A DNA stretch of 58,483 bases from NCBI GenBank assembly GCA_028714475.1, contig JAQTNC010000008.1, forward strand, positions 1 to 58,483, in the 5' to 3' direction. Made by a program: the position numbers and the translations under genes. Below the pieces are notes generated by a model. The model was given only the letters and a program-made list of their open reading frames with translations, did not search any database and was not told the origin of the DNA. This DNA comes from Patescibacteria group bacterium (GTDB taxonomy: Bacteria > Patescibacteriota > Patescibacteriia > SG8-24). Positions 16,859 to 25,070 of this stretch are shown here, one piece after another (position 1 is the stretch's first letter; the number at the start of each line of letters is the position of its first letter).

Positions 16859-17725
16859 ATGGCTTCAGCAGAAACGAATGTTGCTCCTCAAGCCGCTGAT
16901 TCTTCGGTCACGTTCACGTTTTCTCCTGAAGGCGCCAAACGCCTGTGGGGAATCAAGCCCGAAACGCGGGTGCTGCGCATCGACCCGCCTAACATGAGGA
17001 GAACGTTTGACTACTTCGTCGGCTACGGGTTCACCGCCGGGCAGCTGAAAGTGATGGGACGCAAGCGGGCAACCATCTTTGCCGTGTTGACCGAGGATGA
17101 GGCTCGTTCGGCCATCGCGAGATTCGAGAGTCTGGGTTTCGACCCGCCGGCCATACGCCACATCCTGGCGACCAACCCCGGCGCCGTGCTGATACCGAGG
17201 AATCGAATCGAAGCCCTGATCAGGAGCCTCACGGACATCGAGCTGACGCGCCAGCAAGCGCTCTTCATCATCACGAAAGCGCCGCTGCTCATCGGCCGCG
17301 AACAGGAAAAGATCGACGCTCACATCGAGCTGTTCGTTGACCGCCTGTTGACGATGGAGGATGTCCATGCCGTGCTCGTGGATTTCGGCGGGATTCTAAG
17401 CAACAGCACCGCCCGCAACCACGAGATGCTGGATATCCTGTTCGCCATGGGCTTCGACGTGACCAAGCGGTGTCGTCGATTCGAGTTCGCGCCGGAGCTC
17501 ATCCGCGGCCGAATTGCCTTTCTGCAGAAGAAGGGCGACGACGCGGACGAATACGCGGTCTTCCTCGACAACGATGAGTTCGAGGAGACCCACGGCATCA
17601 CCCGCGCCGAACTGGTCGCGCTTGATCCCGGTTCGGACTGGTACCGCGAGGAAGCGGCCCGCTGTCGTGAGCAGCTGCGCCTCGCTATCGCCAAAGCCAA
17701 CCGCGGCGAAGGCGACAGAATCTAG
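16859..17725 (+). CDS. mTERF-like helical-repeat protein
   Basis: Frame of 16814..17725 trimmed to ATG 16859, with GAGGT upstream. Tandem ~30-35-aa motifs, e.g. LGFDPPAIRHILATNPGAVLIPRNRIEALIRSL and LTRQQALFIITKAPLLIGREQEKIDAHIELFV. Confidence 0.75.
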   Translation: MASAETNVAPQAADSSVTFTFSPEGAKRLWGIKPETRVLRIDPPNMRRTFDYFVGYGFTAGQLKVMGRKRATIFAVLTEDEARSAIARFESLGFDPPAIRHILATNPGAVLIPRNRIEALIRSLTDIELTRQQALFIITKAPLLIGREQEKIDAHIELFVDRLLTMEDVHAVLVDFGGILSNSTARNHEMLDILFAMGFDVTKRCRRFEFAPELIRGRIAFLQKKGDDADEYAVFLDNDEFEETHGITRAELVALDPGSDWYREEAARCREQLRLAIAKANRGEGDRI

Positions 17726-17847
17726 TGTCTCGGCGATAGGTTGGTAGCGACACGACTGGCAACTTGCCAAACGACTCCGGCGGCGCCTTACGGCCGTCGG
17801 GGTTTTGTTTTTATGAATCCTGCGGACTCACGTTCGGAACTTCGTTC

Positions 17848-18489
17848 CTATTTTCCCTTCAGCTCTAACTCAAATTCTTTCAAGAACTTCTTGAGGAAAT
17901 CCGTCCGTCGTTCCGCGATTTTTTTCGCACCCTTAGTGTGCATCCTCTCCTTAACTTTCAGCAACCGGGTGAAAAACAGGTCCAAGGCGTATTTCATGTC
18001 GTCCGGTTGCCGGTTTGCCGCAAACGGATCTTCGTTGTTATAAAAGGTCCTTTTCATGCCTCCGGTGGACGCGAAAGTCCGCATGACAGAAATCGCCCCC
18101 GTTGCCTCCAGCCCATCTGCATCCTGCAAGATTTTGGCCTCTAACAAATCAGGGACGATGCCTTTTGAAAAAGAGCAGGATCTTATCGCCTGAACAACCT
18201 TTTCGATTTTTTCCTTCGGATAATCATCGACGGCTTCCAAAATCTTTTTGGTTTGTTCCGCGCTTTCATCGGCGCTGTGTATTCTGCGCGGATCGTTCTT
18301 GGGATAATTCACGATGTCGTGAAACAGGGCGGCGGGAACAATGATGTCTAAATCGGCTTTCTCCTCCCTAGCGATCTTTTCTGCCGTAGACAAGACCCTA
18401 AAGGCATGATTCAAATCGTGCGATGGGTCGTCGCCGCTGATTTTACTCGCGGCTATTCCGGTTAAGGCATCGCGTAAACCTCTTTTCAT
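17848..18489 (-). CDS. HD-domain phosphohydrolase
   Basis: HDLNHAFRV ... ALFHDIV (H..HD motif); visibly lower GC than the flanks. Confidence 0.85.
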   Translation of the reverse strand: MKRGLRDALTGIAASKISGDDPSHDLNHAFRVLSTAEKIAREEKADLDIIVPAALFHDIVNYPKNDPRRIHSADESAEQTKKILEAVDDYPKEKIEKVVQAIRSCSFSKGIVPDLLEAKILQDADGLEATGAISVMRTFASTGGMKRTFYNNEDPFAANRQPDDMKYALDLFFTRLLKVKERMHTKGAKKIAERRTDFLKKFLKEFELELKGK

Positions 18490-18492
18490 AGA

Positions 18493-18975
18493 TTACGATG
18501 GTTCGTTTCTCTTTTGCCGGTCAATAACCAGGTTTCTTGGTCCATACGCCAAAGGCAAAAGTTCCTTAATGCTGGTGACGATTATTTTGTCCTTATTCGT
18601 GGTGGACAAAATTACCTTCAGGTCGGTGTCAGACAAATCAGCCATTTCGTTCATCACCTGGCGGCAATCGCCGCAAGGAGCCGTGACTTCGCTGGTGGGG
18701 TCGCTGCCGTTTCGCGCAATTGTTGCAATGCTCTTAAATTTTCTGATGCCCATGGAGTTTGCGCGCAATATGGCGGCTCTTTCGGCACACAAAGAAGAAC
18801 CGTAGGCAGTGTTTGCATAATTCGTTCCGCTAACTAATTCGTCGGCAACGGATATTAAACACGCGCCAACACGAAAACCATAAATCGGCTCGTAGGCGTT
18901 TTCCATGACTTTTTCCGCCTCGGCCAATGCCTTTTGCTCAATTTCATTAAGGTCAGAGTATTTGATGGATTCCAT
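18493..18975 (-). CDS. cdd: cytidine deaminase (homotetrameric type)
   Basis: Zinc motifs CAERAAI and PCGDCRQVM; 160 aa; lower GC. Confidence 0.9.
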   Translation of the reverse strand: MESIKYSDLNEIEQKALAEAEKVMENAYEPIYGFRVGACLISVADELVSGTNYANTAYGSSLCAERAAILRANSMGIRKFKSIATIARNGSDPTSEVTAPCGDCRQVMNEMADLSDTDLKVILSTTNKDKIIVTSIKELLPLAYGPRNLVIDRQKRNEPS

Positions 18976-19126
18976 AATTCATAATATTTATGCCACGCTT
19001 GGTTGCGCAACAAACCGTGAACAAAGCTGGGTTACGAAATATTCTTACCATACTCTTCTTACTCATTCAATCCACGTTTATAGGTGTGGCCGCGCCGCGT
19101 GAACACCAGCGTTCGCCTAGAGAAGG

Positions 19127-19208
19127 CCCCGTACCACTCCCATGTACCACTCCCCTATACCAATCGCTCCGCTCCGGTATAGGGTCGGGTGCATGGTCGG
19201 GTACAGGG
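19127..19208. repeat. repeat-family member (imperfect long palindrome around CGCTCCGCTCCGG)
   Basis: CCCCGTACCACTCCCATGTACCACTCCCCTATACC-AATCGCTCCGCTCC-GGTATAGGGTCGGGTGCATGGTCGGGTACAGGG. Confidence 0.65.
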
Positions 19209-19248
19209 CACGTAAAAAGCCATCGCTACCGCGATGGCTTTTTACGTG
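19209..19248. terminator. 18-bp perfect palindromic hairpin (bidirectional terminator-like)
   Basis: CACGTAAAAAGCCATCGC-TACC-GCGATGGCTTTTTACGTG; same architecture as the hairpin after tRNA-Asp (25480-25517). Confidence 0.6.
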
Positions 19249-19260
19249 GTGGAGATGGGG
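19247..19260 (-). repeat. direct partial copy of the ssrA 3' end (att-like)
   Basis: TGGTGGAGATGGGG is identical to 19429-19442, in the same orientation as ssrA. Confidence 0.7.
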
Positions 19261-19373
19261 AGAGATTTCACGCGACGAAACCGCTGTTGACGCGGTTTCG
19301 TCTTCACGGGCACCTTCGGGTTCCCGTGAACCCTCCTCCAAATGTGGAAAACTACGTTTTCCACCCCTTTCCT

Positions 19374-19401
19374 GTTCGACTCCCCCCTTTCGATTCCACC
19401 A
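19374..19401 (+). repeat. inverted partial copy of the ssrA T-arm/acceptor 3' end
   Basis: GTTCGACTCCCCCCTTTCGATTCCACCA on the plus strand versus GTTCGACTCCCCCCATCTCCACCA at the true ssrA 3' end on the minus strand. Confidence 0.7.
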
Positions 19402-19428
19402 AAAAGACCAACTCGCGGTTGGTCTTTT
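19401..19428 (-). terminator. intrinsic terminator of ssrA
   Basis: Minus strand AGACCAAC-CGCGA-GTTGGTCT followed by TTTTT, immediately after the CCA end. Confidence 0.7.
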
Positions 19429-19822
19429 TGGTGGAGATGGGGGGAGTCGAACCCCCGTCTGGTGAGGCATCTCGCGACACCGCTACGATCATAGCCCGCT
19501 TGAAATTTCGGTCAGCCGATGAGGAACGGGCGAAACCCGGCTGGCCTAACCCCGCTGATTATTCGACCGACGCCACGAGATACTGCGTCGGCTCTGCTTC
19601 ATAAATGGCACCCGGATCCGGCCTATGAAGCGTCAACCGGTCGGATGGGTTCACGCGTTACGCGTAAACCGGAGAAAACGAAGGCGCAAAGGCGTTAGCC
19701 AGAGCGCTCTTCGCCTTGGAAATCAAGTTCGCACTTGTATCCTTGCCCGATGATTAACGAGGTCACGGACATCCTCGGATCGCATGCCGTAAAACGAACT
19801 CCCGTCGATGCCCAGCATCCCC
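19429..19822 (-). ncRNA. ssrA: tmRNA (transfer-messenger RNA)
   Basis: 5' end GGGGATGCTGGGCATCGACGGG and 3' end GACGGGGGTTCGACTCCCCCCATCTCCACCA. Predicted tag ORF GCG AAC TTG ATT TCC AAG GCG AAG AGC GCT CTG GCT TAA encodes ANLISKAKSALA. Adjacent to smpB. Confidence 0.9.
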
Positions 19823-19920
19823 TTTTTTAATCGTAGCGGTCGGGCTTGTCCCGACCCCACCAATGATTTCGGTGGTGCGCGGGCAAGCCGCGCCGCTACG
19901 TTCCAAAAAGCGAACGCCGT

Positions 19921-20385
19921 TCACCACTTCTTCGCCGCCCCGCGCATCTCGCGATCGAGATCGCGCTTCTTGATGGTCTCGCGCTTCTCGTATTGCTTCT
20001 TGCCGCGCGCCAAACCGAATTCAAGCTTGATGAGCGAACCCTTAGTATATACAGATAATGGCACTAATGTCAATCCTTTCTGCTCCAGTTTGCCCGCCAA
20101 ACGCTGAAGTTCGCGGCGATGGATGAGCAGTCGCCGCGTCCGATCCGGATCGTAATCCGCGAGCGGCCCGGCCTTGTCGTATTTCGGCAGATGCGCGTTC
20201 AGGAGCTGGAGCTGGCCGCCCACGATGGTCACGTACGCGCCCTGCAGACTCATCCGGCCGTTGCGGACCGCCTTCACCTCTTGGCCAGCCAACTGCAAAC
20301 CGGCCTCGAATTTCTCGAGGATTTCGTAGTCATGAAAGGCTTTCTTGTTCGCGGCGAGCTGCGGCATACGAACGTACTGTACCAT
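19921..20385 (-). CDS. smpB: SsrA-binding protein SmpB
   Basis: NKKAFHDYEILEKFEAGLQLAGQEVKA...LIHRRELQRL. An alternative ATG lies at 20367. Confidence 0.93.
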   Translation of the reverse strand: MVQYVRMPQLAANKKAFHDYEILEKFEAGLQLAGQEVKAVRNGRMSLQGAYVTIVGGQLQLLNAHLPKYDKAGPLADYDPDRTRRLLIHRRELQRLAGKLEQKGLTLVPLSVYTKGSLIKLEFGLARGKKQYEKRETIKKRDLDREMRGAAKKW

Positions 20386-20400
20386 CGCTGGCGGGCAGGC

Positions 20401-22257
20401 TCAATGCGCCATGAGACCAGCGCGATGCGCCATGAAAGCCGTGTAATCAGCGCTCATCGGGTCAGGATCAGCCTGAAGCGCCTTCATGAGCGCGTCCTGG
20501 GCCGCGGCCCGGTCGCCCTTCTCCAAAAGCGCGCCGGCATAAACGTACAAGGCCCGGCTTGTCAGTTGCCCCATGGCATAATCGCGTGTCGGCACGGGCA
20601 TGAAGGCCGGCAACGGCGGCGCGGACAGCTCGATATCAGGAAGCGTGACTCCAACCGGATGCAATTCGTAAACGAACCCGTTGGACCGCGAACCCCAGAT
20701 GATCGGTTCGGCTCCCCCACCGCTCTTGACCATGAGGCGGTCAACCGGATAGGTCGTGAAGATCGGCCGCCCCACAAAACGCGGGTCGGTCAGCGTCGCT
20801 CGAGCCAACGTTCGGCGACGCAACGACAAGCCGGTCAGGCCATGGGCGGGCGGAAGCGATACCCGCGTCGGAAAGTTGGTGAGGGACGACTCCTGAATCA
20901 CGGTCAGGTCCAGCCGCGTCTTTTCGACTACCTGAAGATAGGTCAGGACGAACAGCTCCGTGTCATTGGCCGTCTCCCGGTCATTGATGACCAGCACGGC
21001 GTCCGACGGAAGGCTGGCAAGCAATCCGCGGACATACCGTTCCGGAAAAGAATCTACGAAAGGCCGAACGGACAGCCAAGAGGACGAGTAAAGCAGAAGC
21101 GGCAGCGCGGCCGCCAAGACGACCACCAGACCTTTGCTGAAGCCGCGCTCACGCAAACGACCGAACAGCCAAACGGCTCCGACGGCGGAAATCGCGGCGA
21201 AAGCGACATAAGCCGGCAAGCAATAAATGCGGTAAATGTAGGATGACTCGTTTGACCAATCGAAAGACCGAAACATCACGGCTAAAGGAGCCGCCGAGAC
21301 GACGCCCATGAGGGCGAAAAGCGCGGCCGCGCCGGGTCGGCGCAACCGCGCCAAACCAACGAGGCCGCCGACGGCCGCTACGGCGATGAGCGGACCCGTC
21401 TCCGCGAGCGGACGAACCAACTGTTCCCAAATCAAACCGAACTTGTTCCAACCTCCGCCGCCGAAATCCGCGTATCGAGTGCGCAGGACATAAGCCATGA
21501 AGTCGGAAAAGCCGTTGATCGGTCCCGCGGCATAGGGCGCACCCATCGCGAATCGCAACGGCAGCAGCAGATACAAGAGCGGGCCGAAAGAAAAACAGGC
21601 CAACAGCTTGGCTGCTTCGGCCGGCTGTCGCCGCCACGTCGGCTTCGCCACGATGAAAGCGGCCAGGAAAAAGGGCAGGGTCAGGACTGTGATCGCCAGA
21701 TGATTGGCCGCCGCCAGACCCAGCCAGAACGCCGCCCATCTCAGCCATTTGGTGGTCTTCTCGTCGCCGGCCGCGCACACGACCGCGTAAACCGCCGCCA
21801 TCATGAGCAGGGCCTGCAACGGGTAATTCTTGGCGTATACGGCCTGGCTCAACCAGGTCGGGGTGACAGCCACCGCTAGGCAGACGGCGGCCGCCAAGAA
21901 CTTGGCCGGCCAGCCGAAATGCCAGCCCGCGCGGCGAACGACGGTCGCGGCCGTAAGATACGCGAGCGCCACGGCTGCCGCCGCACACAACGCGGAAAAC
22001 AAGGCGACCCGCCACGGCACGGTCCCGAAAGGCAGGTGCGCGAACGGATAAGCCAAGAGGACATAGAGCGGCGCGCCGGAAGGATGCAGGATGCCGAGCG
22101 TCGCCGCGGCCGTCACGAACTCCGCGCTGTCCTCAAGGGAAACCGTCTGCGGCAAGAGCGGCAGGTAGCACGAAAGCGCCACCAGGCCAACCAAGAGAGC
22201 CGCGAGGCGGTCCTGCTTTTCTTCCGTCTTTCGCTGACGCCAAAATCTCCAGAACAT
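20401..22257 (-). CDS. DUF2723/TMEM260-like GT-C membrane glycosyltransferase with C-terminal TPR-like region
   Basis: Frame of 20401..22383 trimmed to Met43, because the upstream part overlaps the rplT terminator. DSAEFVTAAATLGILHPSGAPLYVLL motif; many TM helices. Confidence 0.8.
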   Translation of the reverse strand: MFWRFWRQRKTEEKQDRLAALLVGLVALSCYLPLLPQTVSLEDSAEFVTAAATLGILHPSGAPLYVLLAYPFAHLPFGTVPWRVALFSALCAAAAVALAYLTAATVVRRAGWHFGWPAKFLAAAVCLAVAVTPTWLSQAVYAKNYPLQALLMMAAVYAVVCAAGDEKTTKWLRWAAFWLGLAAANHLAITVLTLPFFLAAFIVAKPTWRRQPAEAAKLLACFSFGPLLYLLLPLRFAMGAPYAAGPINGFSDFMAYVLRTRYADFGGGGWNKFGLIWEQLVRPLAETGPLIAVAAVGGLVGLARLRRPGAAALFALMGVVSAAPLAVMFRSFDWSNESSYIYRIYCLPAYVAFAAISAVGAVWLFGRLRERGFSKGLVVVLAAALPLLLYSSSWLSVRPFVDSFPERYVRGLLASLPSDAVLVINDRETANDTELFVLTYLQVVEKTRLDLTVIQESSLTNFPTRVSLPPAHGLTGLSLRRRTLARATLTDPRFVGRPIFTTYPVDRLMVKSGGGAEPIIWGSRSNGFVYELHPVGVTLPDIELSAPPLPAFMPVPTRDYAMGQLTSRALYVYAGALLEKGDRAAAQDALMKALQADPDPMSADYTAFMAHRAGLMAH

Positions 22258-22349
22258 AACGTCATAATTATACGGTGCCTGTCCCCCTTGTCCACACCCT
22301 ATTTCGTGCGAAGCAGTTTCGCTCGGCCGGGCGCGAATTAAAGAATGAC

Positions 22350-22376
22350 AAAAAAACTTCCCGCCGAAGCGGGAAG
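22350..22376 (-). terminator. intrinsic terminator downstream of rplT
   Basis: Minus strand CTTCCCGC-TTCG-GCGGGAAG followed by TTTTTTT. Confidence 0.65.
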
Positions 22377-22392
22377 CTTTCATGCAATCAAT

Positions 22393-22737
22393 CTATTTCG
22401 TCGCCTTGACCACTTCGGCAAAAATCGCCGGATGCTCCGCGGCCAGCTGGGACATGATCTTGCGATCAATGACGATGCCCGCCTTCTTGAGCGCGTCGAT
22501 GAGCCGGCTGTACGACAGACCGTTCTCGCGCGCCGCGGCGTTGATGCGAATCTGCCAGAGCGAGCGCATGTCGCGCTTCTTGCGTCGGCGGTCGCGATAG
22601 GCGTTCTTGCCCGCCTTTAGGATGGCAACCTTGGCCAGCTTGACCTTGCTCTTCCGGCCCCACATGTACCCCTTGGTCTGGGCCAGGATGTTCTTGCGGC
22701 GTTTGAGATGGGCTTTGCCGCGTTTGACTCTCGGCAT
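22393..22737 (-). CDS. rplT: 50S ribosomal protein L20
   Basis: MPRVKRGKAHLKRRKNILAQTKGY...; frame of 22393..22770 trimmed to Met12. Confidence 0.95.
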   Translation of the reverse strand: MPRVKRGKAHLKRRKNILAQTKGYMWGRKSKVKLAKVAILKAGKNAYRDRRRKKRDMRSLWQIRINAAARENGLSYSRLIDALKKAGIVIDRKIMSQLAAEHPAIFAEVVKATK

Positions 22738-22778
22738 AACAGTAATGAATGGGCGGCCGCGAACGGCCAACCGGAAAG

Positions 22779-22964
22779 TTACTTCAGGATAACGCTCTTG
22801 ATGGTGTTGGCGATAACGCCTTCCATCTTTCGGTCGCGCCGCTTCATGCGGGTGACCTTACCCGGCTCGCGGGAATTGAAATGGTCCTGACCGCAGACGC
22901 GCTTGAGCACCTTGCCGGTCTTGGTGACCTTGAAGCGCTTAGCGATGGCTTTTTGAGTCTTCAT
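22779..22964 (-). CDS. rpmI: 50S ribosomal protein L35
   Basis: MKTQKAIAKRFKVTKTGKVLKR...; lies between infC and rplT. Confidence 0.93.
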   Translation of the reverse strand: MKTQKAIAKRFKVTKTGKVLKRVCGQDHFNSREPGKVTRMKRRDRKMEGVIANTIKSVILK

Positions 22965-23075
22965 AAGGTATGTCTCTTCGGGGACGCCCGCCGGTTCGGG
23001 ACCGGGGCGGCCCGTACCGAGGCAGGTTAAAGCGGGCTTTTCGCCCGCTTCCCTTTTTTCAGCGATGAAACGATA

Positions 23076-23618
23076 TTACGCCTTACCCACGATACTTGTC
23101 AACTGTCCGCCTTGGCGCACGACCGGCTGTTCAACCTTGACCGGCATTTCGGCGTTCAAAGTGGTGATGAACTGCTGGATAATCTGGGTGGCCCGGTCGC
23201 CGTGCCGCTTTTCTCGGCCGCGGAGGATGATCTCCACCTTGACCTTGTCGCCGTTGTCCAGGAACTTCTTGGCCTGGCCGCGGCGCGTTTCCAAATCATG
23301 CTCGCCGATGCGGACCGACAGGCGCACGCCCTTCACCTCGACGGTCTTGGCCTTGGCCTTCTGCTTCTGGATCTCCTTGTTCCGCTCGAACTTGTACTTG
23401 CCGAAGTCGATGATCTTGGCGATGGGCGGGTCGGTGTTCGTCTGGATGACGACCAGGTCCTGCTCGCGCTCGCGCGCCTTCTGCAGGGCCTCGCCTGTCG
23501 ACATGATGCCCAAATGCTCGCCTTCGTCGGTGATGACGCGGAGCTGGGGAAAGCGGATCTGCTCGTTGATGATGTAGACGACGGCGGGTGTCTTCGGCCG
23601 GAAGCGGCGACGGGAAAT
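23076..23618 (-). CDS. infC: translation initiation factor IF-3
   Basis: INEQIRFPQLRVITDEGEHLGIMSTGEALQKAREREQDLV... The start is uncertain: ATT at 23618 fits the IF-3 N-terminal length, TTG at 23624 is an alternative, and the ORF-track ATG at 23765 lies upstream of a promoter-like site. Confidence 0.88.
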   Translation of the reverse strand: MSRRRFRPKTPAVVYIINEQIRFPQLRVITDEGEHLGIMSTGEALQKAREREQDLVVIQTNTDPPIAKIIDFGKYKFERNKEIQKQKAKAKTVEVKGVRLSVRIGEHDLETRRGQAKKFLDNGDKVKVEIILRGREKRHGDRATQIIQQFITTLNAEMPVKVEQPVVRQGGQLTSIVGKA

Positions 23619-23654
23619 TCGCAAGGCTTTGTCGGTTAGAGGAGTTACTAGGCT

Positions 23655-23683
23655 AGGATAAGCTTTTTTCAGGATGTTGTCAA
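23655..23683 (-). promoter_or_regulatory. sigma70-type promoter candidate for infC-rpmI-rplT
   Basis: Minus strand TTGACA, 17-bp spacer, TATCCT in an AT-rich segment. Confidence 0.4.
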
Positions 23684-23780
23684 CTAAAGTGAATCCAACC
23701 TTACCCTGTCGGCCATTTGACAGAAACACGAAAATATGATACTTGTTTTGGCAAACAAAGGGCAAGAAAGGAGTTTGACG

Positions 23781-24137
23781 ATGGGGCGGTTTTATCCTTC
23801 TGCATTAAGAGGCTCAGCGAGGTCCGGTACGGTTTCTAATCCCAAAAACGACACGGTGATGGTCGACGGACGAGTCGTCCACTACACCGTTTGGCCGGAC
23901 CAGGTTGACTGTATCATGAGCATCGACGTGCCGGGCAAACATGTTGGGGATGCCCAGCCGCTGTCCAGAGATGTCGTCTTCTACGATGTCGAACCGGTGC
24001 CCGAAAACGAGCAGGCGTCCGTAATCGATGCCATCAGAGCTCACGAGACGGAAAAGCTTAGTCAAACACCTGCGGCTAAAGCGGTGGTCAAGCACGCCGC
24101 CCTCGATCGATGCCGTTTTGGATTCTGGAAACATTAG
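23781..24137 (+). CDS. hypothetical protein
   Basis: Frame of 23736..24137 trimmed to ATG 23781, preceded by AAAGGAG; no recognisable family. Confidence 0.6.
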   Translation: MGRFYPSALRGSARSGTVSNPKNDTVMVDGRVVHYTVWPDQVDCIMSIDVPGKHVGDAQPLSRDVVFYDVEPVPENEQASVIDAIRAHETEKLSQTPAAKAVVKHAALDRCRFGFWKH

Positions 24138-24161
24138 GCAACGACCAACATCTTCGCGCCT

Positions 24162-24202
24162 GACCGGCCCAGCACCCTTGCTTGGCCGGTCGCGTGTTTT
24201 TT
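24162..24202 (+). terminator. intrinsic terminator candidate
   Basis: GACCGGCC-(14 nt)-GGCCGGTC then GCGTGTTTTTT. Confidence 0.5.
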
Positions 24203-24242
24203 AAGCCCACTTTATGCCTTGATACACGACCTGCCTTGAGCC

Positions 24243-24271
24243 TTTACAAATACGGCAAAGGTGGTTAATGT
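24243..24271 (+). promoter_or_regulatory. weak sigma70-type promoter candidate
   Basis: TTTACA, 17-bp spacer, TAATGT. Confidence 0.3.
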
Positions 24272-24365
24272 TAGCTCCTTCCCAGACTGTTTATGGGAGG
24301 CTTGCCAGGGCATAAGGCCAGCAAGAATGTAGTTGTTTCCCAACCGATTTTCTCCGGAGGTATCA

Positions 24366-24641
24366 ATGGACTCACAGCGACCCATTCCGCGCCCCATAAC
24401 CTGTCTCGACGGCGGCGAAGACGCGACGGGCGAAGACTTCTTCGGCCAATCTGGCGGACAAGCTGGTCCCCCCTTTGGCCAAGCGAGCGCGACTCGACGG
24501 CACCGTGACGGCAGTTACGACCCGCCCGAGCATGACCGCTCCGGGCGCTGCAACGGCCCCACCTATCTCCTGTTGGGTTTAGTCGGCCTCATCGGCGCGC
24601 TCCTCGGCAGTTTGGCTGCCTTCAGCGTCATGACGCCGTAG
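24366..24641 (+). CDS. small tail-anchored membrane protein, function unknown
   Basis: ATG 24366 preceded by GGAGG; C-terminal TM YLLLGLVGLIGALLGSLAAFSVM. Confidence 0.5.
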   Translation: MDSQRPIPRPITCLDGGEDATGEDFFGQSGGQAGPPFGQASATRRHRDGSYDPPEHDRSGRCNGPTYLLLGLVGLIGALLGSLAAFSVMTP

Positions 24642-24883
24642 ATCCACAAGGTGCGCGACGTCGCCGCCTAAGCCGCGGCGCAACCTCGGCGGTGTACCAG
24701 AAGTACGAGCCACCGCCCCACCTCCGCGCTGCCAGATCAGCAGCCTGAACGGCTGCGCCAAGCTGATGGCATCGAAGAGTAACCGTCGCTGGACGGCCCC
24801 TTCCCGCTTCGAACGCGTCCCGCCAGGGTTCAACTCCTGGCGGGCGCTGTTTGTTTAGCCGATTTTTCCTACGTCCGTCCCTA

Positions 24884-24912
24884 TTGATTATTTTTCTCGC
24901 CTATCATATATT
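24884..24912 (+). promoter_or_regulatory. sigma70-type promoter candidate for the tRNA-like/GIY-YIG/tRNA-Asp transcript
   Basis: TTGATT, 17-bp spacer, TATATT. Confidence 0.35.
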
Positions 24913-25000
24913 GTCTCTTGTCGCGGGCTGACGGCATCTCGGATGAAGCGCCTCCATTGAGGCAAGAAGCCGAGACCGTCGCTCAAAAATTCAGCATTGG

Positions 25001-25066
25001 CGTGGGTCCGTGGTGTAGCCCGGTTAACACGGGCCGCACTGCTGCGGCCAGACCGAGGGTTCGAAT
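25001..25066 (+). pseudogene. truncated tRNA-Asp-like element, copy 1 (no anticodon, no 3' acceptor strand)
   Basis: 66 nt identical to 25311-25376. tRNA-Asp positions 1-26 and variable/T-stem/T-loop are retained, and the anticodon arm is replaced by GGCCGCA-CTGC-TGCGGCC. Confidence 0.8.
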
Positions 25067-25070
25067 CCAT

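Noticed and set aside
17741-18043. 100-aa plus-strand ORF and other short ORFs overlapping the HD and cdd genes
   Set aside because: They overlap well-supported genes on the opposite strand and have no motifs.
24819-24844. CCCGCCAGG-GTTCAACT-CCTGGCGGG hairpin resembling a tRNA T arm
   Set aside because: It has an 8-nt loop, a 9-bp stem and no matching acceptor or D arms. It may be a weak terminator (followed by CGCTGTTTGTTT), but it lies about 180 nt from the nearest gene end, so it was not listed as a feature.
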